DNA of 64,000 bases from an uncultured Thermomicrobiales bacterium (lineage in GTDB: Bacteria > Chloroflexota > Chloroflexia > Thermomicrobiales > UBA6265). The stretch spans positions 6,234 to 70,233 of the forward strand of contig CADCWF010000204.1 of NCBI GenBank assembly GCA_902806345.1, given 5' to 3'. Positions 57,600 through 64,000 of this stretch are shown in pieces. A program made the position numbers and the translations under genes. Position 1 is the first letter of the stretch; each line of letters opens with the position of its first letter. The notes below the pieces were generated by a model. That model ran no database searches, was not told where the DNA came from, and saw only the letters and a program-made list of their open reading frames with translations.

Positions 57600-58463
57600 C
57601 TACGGGCCGGGCTCGCCCAGGGGGGCCCCCGCTAGTGCCGCCAGCAGGGCCGCCGCGCCCTCGACCCCAGTCACGGTCGCGTCGACCGAGGACCGCACCG
57701 TCGCCGGTGTCTCGGCACCGACGACGCCGATGGCGACCGTCTCGACCTCGCCGGCGGCCCGCGCCGCCCTCAAAGCCCGGAATGCATCGACGTCGGTGAC
57801 GTCGTCGCCGAGGAAGATGGCGCCGCGCAGTCCGTGCTCGGCCACGAGGTCGGCCACCGCCGTCCCCTTGTCGACATGCACCGGCGGCCGCAGCTCCAAG
57901 ATCGCTCGTCCGGGCGTTACCCGCAGCCCGTGCGTCTCGGCCGCGCCGGCGACCAGCGGCCCCAGGATCTCCAGCGCCGCGGCCTGGTTCGGCGCCAGCC
58001 GGTAGTGGACGGTCCCGGTCAACCCCTTGTGCTCGACCAGGGCCACCGCCGCCAACGGCGACGCCGCCAGCGCCGTGCCGATCTCGGCCAGCGCCTCGCC
58101 CAGGGCCGCCTCACTCGCCGCGGCTGCCGGGTGGGCCGTGCGGACGCCGTCCCGCAGCCGCTCCATCCCGTGGTTCCCGACGTAGAGCAGGCCGTCGACC
58201 CCGACCATGGTCCGTCCCGTCTCGGCCGCCCGCCCGCTGACCACGGCGACGAGCGCGAGCTGCTCCGTCAGCCGGCGCAGGCTCTCCTTGATTCCCTCGG
58301 CCACGAAGGCGTCGCCCGGCGTCGGCGCGATCGCGCTGATCGTGCCGTCGATGTCCGAGAGAAGCCCCGCCGGCGCCCGCCGTAGCACTGCTCGGCACCG
58401 CGCCAGCAACACTGGATCCGGACCACCCTCGGTTTCTCGCTCTCGTTCCCCTCCCGTCGCCAC
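57600..58463 (-). CDS. otsB: Trehalose-6-phosphate phosphatase (HAD family)
   Basis: LLSDIDGTIS (HAD motif I), VVSGR, VEHKG, ILELRP..VDKG and FLGDDVTDVDAF. The GTG at 58463 was chosen because it has AGGAAAGGA upstream, and the longer ORF overlaps the previous gene. Confidence 0.8.
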   Translation of the reverse strand: MATGGERERETEGGPDPVLLARCRAVLRRAPAGLLSDIDGTISAIAPTPGDAFVAEGIKESLRRLTEQLALVAVVSGRAAETGRTMVGVDGLLYVGNHGMERLRDGVRTAHPAAAASEAALGEALAEIGTALAASPLAAVALVEHKGLTGTVHYRLAPNQAAALEILGPLVAGAAETHGLRVTPGRAILELRPPVHVDKGTAVADLVAEHGLRGAIFLGDDVTDVDAFRALRAARAAGEVETVAIGVVGAETPATVRSSVDATVTGVEGAAALLAALAGAPLGEPGP

Positions 58464-58497
58464 CAGCCAATCCTTTCCTGGTCCCTCGCCCTGGCCC

Positions 58498-59199
58498 CTA
58501 GCCCCGGTCTTGATACGAGTGGATCGTCCAGTTGGCTGCGGAGACGAACAGGTCCCGCGTTTCACCCCGCTCGTCGATCGCGACGTGGTAGACGACATCG
58601 GCCGGCGTTCCAGGCGGGCCGAACGGGTCGGTTGGCGCGTTGAGGCGGACGGTCAGGCCGCTCGTCGGCGACAGGAGTGACCGATCACCGTAACCGGCGC
58701 GGGCCAGCGCCCGGTGGAGCTCGCCGAAGTCGATCCGCTCCAGCGGCAGATTGGGTACCGCGGCCGGGTCGACCTCGGCCGGGGTCGTTTGCCGGGTGTC
58801 GCTGGCGAAGAATGCCTGGGCGGTGTCCGAGTAGAAGGTGCCCTCCCAGCGGAAGGCGGATTCCAGCGGTTGGCAGCCGACCTGGAGACCGACCAGCCGG
58901 GCATCGCCGCGCCACTCCCGCGCCCGCTCCAGGGCGCCCTGGACGCCGGCCGACCACTCCACCGCGACGGATGCGATATCGCCGACGGTGAGCCGGCCGA
59001 CGGCGCAACGCGGCTCGGGCAGGGGCGTCTCGACCGGGACCGTCGGAGGTGGGGTCGGCGTCTCGGGGGCCGCGGTCGGTGCCGGAGGCGGCGCCCCCAG
59101 CCCGGAGCAGGCAACGAGCAGCAACGTCACGGCCGCCAGGATGGCGTAGCGGAGGAGGCGCGGCGCGGCATGGCGAACCATCGGCTGTCGGATCTCCAC
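58498..59199 (-). CDS. Hypothetical lipoprotein
   Basis: Lipobox LLLVACSG after a hydrophobic leader, followed by a Pro/Thr-rich linker. Confidence 0.6.
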   Translation of the reverse strand: MEIRQPMVRHAAPRLLRYAILAAVTLLLVACSGLGAPPPAPTAAPETPTPPPTVPVETPLPEPRCAVGRLTVGDIASVAVEWSAGVQGALERAREWRGDARLVGLQVGCQPLESAFRWEGTFYSDTAQAFFASDTRQTTPAEVDPAAVPNLPLERIDFGELHRALARAGYGDRSLLSPTSGLTVRLNAPTDPFGPPGTPADVVYHVAIDERGETRDLFVSAANWTIHSYQDRG

Positions 59200-59405
59200 T
59201 CCTGCCTAGGCGCGGCGCGGCGTCGCCGCCGCGGGAGCGGGCGATGCCAGGATCATACCACCGGCCATCCCGCGACCCGGTCGCCGGCCCGCCCTCGGAG
59301 CCGCCGGTCCGTCCTGCCGGACTACCCGTGGCGGAGGCTCGGATATACTGCGGCGGCGATGTGACGGCGGACCGGGCGGCGCGGGCCGGAGCGAGGCGGG
59401 AGGGG

Positions 59406-60605
59406 ATGCAGCTCTACAACACGATGACCGAGCGCGTGGAGCGGTTCGTTCCGCGCGAGGGGGAGGTCAAGCTCTACGTCTGCGGGGTGACCCCGTACGA
59501 CACGACCCACGTTGGCCACGCCTTCACCTTCCTCACCTTCGACATCCTCGTCCGCTACCTGCGCCAGCAGGGCCTCGCCGTCACCTACGTCCAGAACGTC
59601 ACCGACATCGACGACGACATCCTCCGCAAGGCGGAGGAGCTCGGCATCGGCTGGCAAGAGCTGGGCGCCCGGGAGACGGCGAAGTTTCTCCGGGACATGG
59701 ATAACCTCAACGCGCTGCGCCCCGACCACTACGTCAAGGCCACCGACCACGTCCCCGAGATGCTCGACATCATCGCCGCCCTGCTCGCCAAAGGCGTCGC
59801 CTACCAGGTCGACGGCAGCGTCTACTTCGCCGTCGATGCGGACCCCGAGTTCGGCAAGCTCAGCCACATCCCTCGGCCCGAAATGCTGCCGATCGCCAAC
59901 GAGCGGGGCAACACCCCGGACGACCCGAACAAGCGGGACCCGCTGGACTTCGTGCTCTGGCAGACGAGCGCCCCGGGCGAGCCGAGCTGGGAGTCGCCCT
60001 ACGGCCGCGGCCGCCCCGGTTGGCACGTCGAGTGCAGCGCCATGGCCAGCCGCTATCTCGGCCCCAGCATCGACATCCACGGCGGCGGCCTGGACCTCGT
60101 CTTCCCGCACCACGAGTGCGAGATCGCGCAGTCGGAGAACGCCTTCGATGTCGAGCCGTTCGCCCGCTTCTGGGTTCACGTCGGGATGGTCGGCTACCAG
60201 GGCGAGAAGATGAGCAAGTCGCTCGGCAACCTGGTGCTCGTCAGCGACGCGCTCGCGAACGACCACCCGGACGCCCTGCGCCTCTACCTCTTCTCCAACC
60301 ACTACCGCTCCAACTGGGACTACCAGGACGCCGAGCTGGAGCGGTGGGCAGGGGTGGCCCGGGACCTTGCCGAGGCGGCCGGGTTCCCTGCCTACGGGGT
60401 CGAGATCGAGGTCGACGTCTCGTCCTACCGGGAGCGCTTCTTCAACGCCCTCGACGACGATCTGAACACCCCGCTCGCGATCGAGGCGCTGCGGGAGATC
60501 GGGGCCGCCATCCTTGAAGCGCCGGAAGAGGACGACATCCGCGACGCCCAGCTAACCCTGCGCGACCTGGCCGACGTGCTCGGACTCTCGCTCAACGAGG
60601 GGTAG
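59406..60605 (+). CDS. cysS: Class I cysteine ligase of the CysRS/MshC family. At 399 aa it is short and lacks the C-terminal extension of canonical CysRS.
   Basis: [16 protein letters not shown] (HIGH plus a Zn Cys), [31 protein letters not shown] and EKMSKSLGN. The protein ends shortly after [13 protein letters not shown]. Confidence 0.8.
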   Translation: MQLYNTMTERVERFVPREGEVKLYVCGVTPYDTTHVGHAFTFLTFDILVRYLRQQGLAVTYVQNVTDIDDDILRKAEELGIGWQELGARETAKFLRDMDNLNALRPDHYVKATDHVPEMLDIIAALLAKGVAYQVDGSVYFAVDADPEFGKLSHIPRPEMLPIANERGNTPDDPNKRDPLDFVLWQTSAPGEPSWESPYGRGRPGWHVECSAMASRYLGPSIDIHGGGLDLVFPHHECEIAQSENAFDVEPFARFWVHVGMVGYQGEKMSKSLGNLVLVSDALANDHPDALRLYLFSNHYRSNWDYQDAELERWAGVARDLAEAAGFPAYGVEIEVDVSSYRERFFNALDDDLNTPLAIEALREIGAAILEAPEEDDIRDAQLTLRDLADVLGLSLNEG

Positions 60606-60815
60606 CGACGGTCTCGTGTCCGGTCCCCGGTCTGGTGGTGTCCCGGCTTCTCCGCCAACCGCTCCGCTCCCCGGCGGAGATAGCGGACACGCGGCTCCGT
60701 CGCCCGTCCTGTCGTAGACTCGGGTTCTCGCACCGTCCGGACACCGGGTGCCCCCTGAGGAAACCGGACCGCTGCCTCCCGGCGCCTCGGTGCCGGAGGC
60801 CGATGGAGGAGCCTG

Positions 60816-62069
60816 ATGCCGCGCTACCCGATCGCCGTCGGCCTGCTCGCCACGCTCGTCGCCGCGGCCACCGGCTCCGCCCAGCCCGGTGTCCGGGCGC
60901 AGGAGGCGGCGACCCCCGCCCCTCCGGCCGACGCCTACGCGGCCGTGGTCGAGGCTACGTCCGGGCTGGTCGCCTACTGGCGCCTCGATGAGGCGACCGG
61001 GACCACCGCGGGGGACCGCTCGGGGCAGGGGAACGACGCCGTCTACGCACCGGGGGTGGAGCTCGGCGAGCCGGGGTTGATCGGACCGGCGAACGCCGCA
61101 ATCGCCCTCGCCGGGACGGCCGACGGCTACGTCGAGGCGGGTGACATCCTCGACTTCGCCGGTGGCGCCCCGTTCACGCTCGAGGCCTGGATCCGGCCCG
61201 ACGAGTTTGCCAACCCCTACCCGCGGCTGCTGATGAAAGAGGCGACCGACGAGGCCGGCAACCGCCAGGGCTACCTCCTCTACATCAGCAAGGAGACCGG
61301 CCGGCTCGGGTTCGAGCGGTGGCGCGACGGCGAGGCCAACGTGGTAACGACGATCGAGCCGATCCCGCTCGGGGCGGCCACCCACGTCGTTGCCGTCTAC
61401 GACGGCCAGGCGATGCGCCTCTACATCGACGGCGAGGGGATCGCCGAGGTCCCCGCCGGGCTCGGCCTGAACGACACCGAAGTCCCGTTCCGGATCGGCG
61501 CCCGCGCCGATGCCGGCAGCCCCTTCGCCGGCGCCGTCGACGAGGTCGCTGTCTATGAGGCCGCGCTCACCGACGAGACCGTCCGCGACCACTTCCGGGC
61601 CGGATCGGCGGGCCGTCCCCCCGGCGCCACCCCGGCCGCTGCGCCGGCAGGTGCGGCCGCGACCGAATCCGGCCAGTCGACCGTCGTTCCCGAACCGACG
61701 GCCGCCGGGGCGGGGGACGATGCCACACGCACCGTCCAGATCGCGACGGCGGTCGTCATCGCCACCGCGGCGCCCCCGGCAGCGATCGCGACCGCCGCCC
61801 CCTCACCGACGGCTGCGGCCAGGGCGACCGAGGAGCCGACCCCGACCGAAGCGGCGGCCCCGGACGCCGAACCCGGCACCGCGCTGACGACGGACGCCCT
61901 GAACCTGCGCGCCACGCCGGGCACCGACGCCGTGATCCTGCTGACCATCCCACCTGGGGAGACCGTCGTGCTGACTGGCGAGGAGTCGGCCGGCTTCGTC
62001 GCCGTCGAGTACGCCGGCGCCGCCGGTTGGGTCGCCGCCGAGTTCCTCGATCTCGGCCCGGGCGCGTGA
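60816..62069 (+). CDS. Secreted LamG/concanavalin-like (Laminin_G_3) domain protein with a C-terminal SH3b domain
   Basis: A signal peptide, then YWRLDE..G..A.D.SG.GN...Y......G.PG...FTLEAWIRPD...HVVAVYDG..MRLYIDG...FAGAVDEVAVYEAALT. An Ala/Pro/Thr linker follows, then LNLRATPGTDAVILLTIPPGETVVLTGEESAGFVAVEYAGAAGWVAAEFL. Confidence 0.8.
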   Translation: MPRYPIAVGLLATLVAAATGSAQPGVRAQEAATPAPPADAYAAVVEATSGLVAYWRLDEATGTTAGDRSGQGNDAVYAPGVELGEPGLIGPANAAIALAGTADGYVEAGDILDFAGGAPFTLEAWIRPDEFANPYPRLLMKEATDEAGNRQGYLLYISKETGRLGFERWRDGEANVVTTIEPIPLGAATHVVAVYDGQAMRLYIDGEGIAEVPAGLGLNDTEVPFRIGARADAGSPFAGAVDEVAVYEAALTDETVRDHFRAGSAGRPPGATPAAAPAGAAATESGQSTVVPEPTAAGAGDDATRTVQIATAVVIATAAPPAAIATAAPSPTAAARATEEPTPTEAAAPDAEPGTALTTDALNLRATPGTDAVILLTIPPGETVVLTGEESAGFVAVEYAGAAGWVAAEFLDLGPGA

Positions 62070-62716
62070 CGGCGTCCGTCGCTCCGGCGACGACTCCGAA
62101 GGCGCCGGCCCGTACCGCACCGAGTGGGATGCCGTGATCGACGCGGAGACCGCCGACGGCTCGGATGCCAAACGTCGACCGCTAGGCACACGTCTTTGCG
62201 TCGGACAAGACCGGAGGAGGGGCTTCGCCTCAAGCCAGCGACGCTAGGAGCCCGGTGGGGAGCATGCCGCCGGACCACCCCGTCATCCTTGCAGGTCCGT
62301 CCACCCTCGTTTGTCGCGTCCCGACCGGCGGGTGCGTCACGGTCCTCGGCGATCGAGTTCCGGGACGATGTCGCGAAGGTCCCAGGAGGGTCCTGTGGAT
62401 GGCCGGGCCAACCGGAGGGATCGACCCGGGCGCGCCACCGGGGCGAACCCGGGCATCTCTCCGATGCCGGAAGCGGCCGAGCCAACGATGCCGTAGCGGC
62501 GGGGATCCTCCACACCGTTCCCGACGACGGGATCGGTCGGCAAACGGATGGGCGGGGGACCGTATCGTCCAGGCGAGAGCGCTCTCGCTGGAGGCCGTTA
62601 TCATGGCGTCGGGTCGACGGCCCGGACCCTGCGTAATGGGTTCAGTTAGCGGGAGAGTGCGGCCCGGCAAGAGCCGATTCCGCGGCTCGCCCGGCTGCCG
62701 ACGGAGGGCGTCGCCG

Positions 62717-63070
62717 ATGAACCAGCGCCAGTCACCGTCGGTTCTCGTCGTCGACGACGACCCGCCGATCCTGACCCTTGTCGCCGAGCTGCTGACCGAC
62801 GAGGGGTACCGCGTCCGGGCCGTTTACGACGGGTTGGCGGCGCTGGCGGAGATCGATCGCGAGCCGCCGGACGTGATCGTCTCAGATGTGACGATGCCGC
62901 GCCTCGACGGGATCGAGTTGGTCCGCGAGTTGCGCCGGCACGGCCACGCGGTGCCGGTCGTGCTGATGAGCGCCGTCTACGACGACGTCGACCTGCCCGG
63001 GGTCCGCTTCGTCCCCAAGCCTTTCGGCCTCGACGTCTTGCTGGCCGCGATCGAGGGGGCGCGGAGCTAG
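62717..63070 (+). CDS. Stand-alone CheY-like receiver domain protein
   Basis: The ATG at 62717 follows GGAGGG by 8 nt. Motifs are VLVVDDDPPILTLV, DVIVSDVTMPRLDG and FVPKPF. Confidence 0.85.
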   Translation: MNQRQSPSVLVVDDDPPILTLVAELLTDEGYRVRAVYDGLAALAEIDREPPDVIVSDVTMPRLDGIELVRELRRHGHAVPVVLMSAVYDDVDLPGVRFVPKPFGLDVLLAAIEGARS

Positions 63071-63105
63071 GTTCCTTTCCGGGGCCCGCGGTTAAGGGGC
63101 CCGCG

Positions 63106-64000
63106 CTACTGGTAGCTTGTCCGGTGGAGCTGCTTGAGCTGCTCGACGATCCGCCGCACCTCCTGAGCCGAGCCCCGCTCGATCACCAGCAGGGCGTCCT
63201 CCGTGTCGACCACGGCGATATTCTCCAGCCCGACCAGGGCAATCAGCCGGCCCGTCTCCGACCAGACCACGCTGTTGCGGGTGTCCGACTGGATCAGGTC
63301 TCCGCGGACGGCGTTGCCATCGAGGTCGCGTTGAATCAGTTCGCCCAAGCCGTGCCAGTCGCCGACGTCCGACCAGCCGAGATCGGCCGGGACGACCGCG
63401 ATTCGATGGGCGCGCTCCATCACCCCCTGGTCGATCGTCGTCTCGGCCAGGTTAGCCCAGACTTCGGCCGCGATCTGGTCCTGGTCCGGGCCCCCCCAGG
63501 CCGCCGCGATCTCCTCGACGCCGGTCCGGAGCGCGGGCTGGAGCCGTTCCAGCTCGTCGAGCAGCGCCCGCGCCGTCCAGACGAACATGCTCGCGTTCCA
63601 CAGGTAGCGGCCGCTGGCGACGTACGCCTCGGCCCGTTCCTGGTCGGGTTTTTCGACGAAGCCGGCGGCGCGGTAGGCCGTCCCCTCCGGGCAGCCGGCC
63701 ACCGGCTCGTCCGTCCGCTCGATGTAGCCGTAGCCGGTCTCCGGGCGGGTCGGCGGCAGGCCGATGGTCACCAGCGAGCCGTCTTCGGCGGCCACTATCG
63801 CGACCCGGACCGCGGCGACGAAGGCGTCTTCGTAGGCAACCTCATGGTCCGCCGCGAAGCTGCCGATGACCGCATCCGGGTCGAGCCGGGCGATGATCGC
63901 CGCCGCCAGTGCCAGCGCCGGGCCGGTCCCCTTCGGCGACGGCTCGACGATCAGATTGGATTCCGGCAGGGTCGGCAGTTGGCGGGCGACCGGCGCCGCG
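63106..64000 (-). CDS. manC: Mannose-1-phosphate guanylyltransferase (partial; the 5' end lies beyond the window)
   Basis: The frame is open to the window edge: ..IVEPSPKGTGPALALAAA..., TIGLPPTRPETGYGYIE, FVEKPD...A..Y..SG.YLWNASMFVW and WSDVGDW. Confidence 0.85.
   Translation of the reverse strand, partial: AAPVARQLPTLPESNLIVEPSPKGTGPALALAAAIIARLDPDAVIGSFAADHEVAYEDAFVAAVRVAIVAAEDGSLVTIGLPPTRPETGYGYIERTDEPVAGCPEGTAYRAAGFVEKPDQERAEAYVASGRYLWNASMFVWTARALLDELERLQPALRTGVEEIAAAWGGPDQDQIAAEVWANLAETTIDQGVMERAHRIAVVPADLGWSDVGDWHGLGELIQRDLDGNAVRGDLIQSDTRNSVVWSETGRLIALVGLENIAVVDTEDALLVIERGSAQEVRRIVEQLKQLHRTSYQ

Noticed and set aside
63071-63105. The direct repeat ggggcccgcg-gttaa-ggggcccgcg between the CheY-like gene and manC.
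   Set aside because: - It is short and compositionally trivial, since GGGCCC is self-complementary.
- It may simply serve as a small terminator stem.
- It does not support any repeat-family or regulatory claim.

Overview
This is a 64-kb, very GC-rich bacterial chromosomal segment, about two-thirds to 70% G+C by eye. Real genes show third-codon-position GC above 90%, so every frame carries long spurious ORFs. I used codon-position bias together with recognisable protein motifs to choose frames and start codons. No similarity search could be run, so all family calls rest on motif recognition.

I support about 50 protein genes and one tRNA-Pro(GGG). The content is mostly housekeeping and metabolic:
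- a kdpD fragment and kdpE, an APC-type permease, DppA, an LLM oxidoreductase and a GH2 hydrolase
- a galactofuranose cluster: glycosyltransferase, glf, and a GH1-like/RmlD-like fusion
- an ANTAR response regulator, an MFS pump and cdaA-cdaR
- trehalose genes: treZ, treY, glgX/treX and otsB
- a CDF transporter, a CocE/NonD hydrolase, a four-gene ABC importer, a thioesterase and an acyl-CoA dehydrogenase
- valS, an AbrB/Doc toxin-antitoxin pair, a nucleoside hydrolase, maf, VOC proteins, an AraC regulator and uvrA
- a short CysRS-like ligase, a LamG-SH3b protein, a CheY-like receiver and manC

I found no rRNA, CRISPR array, transposase or integrase, and no recognisable multi-gene defence system.

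The most unusual content is:
1. Three dispersed genes encode secreted, cysteine-rich proteins with a shared FDxxA...RR (Tat-like) leader. One is built from tandem C-C-CC-C-C knottin-like modules.
2. A family of intergenic G/C-homopolymer palindromic mosaic repeats is present, including a 294-bp unit with perfect 11-bp terminal inverted repeats.
3. Several genes look decayed or rearranged: a kdpD inversion-type junction, a NUDIX gene with two in-frame TAG codons, a GNAT gene whose coding signal changes frame, and a Doc toxin with His->Gln at the catalytic position.
4. Two domain architectures are unusual: a CDF transporter with three tandem cytoplasmic domains, and a GH1-like domain fused to an RmlD-like domain that lacks its catalytic motifs.
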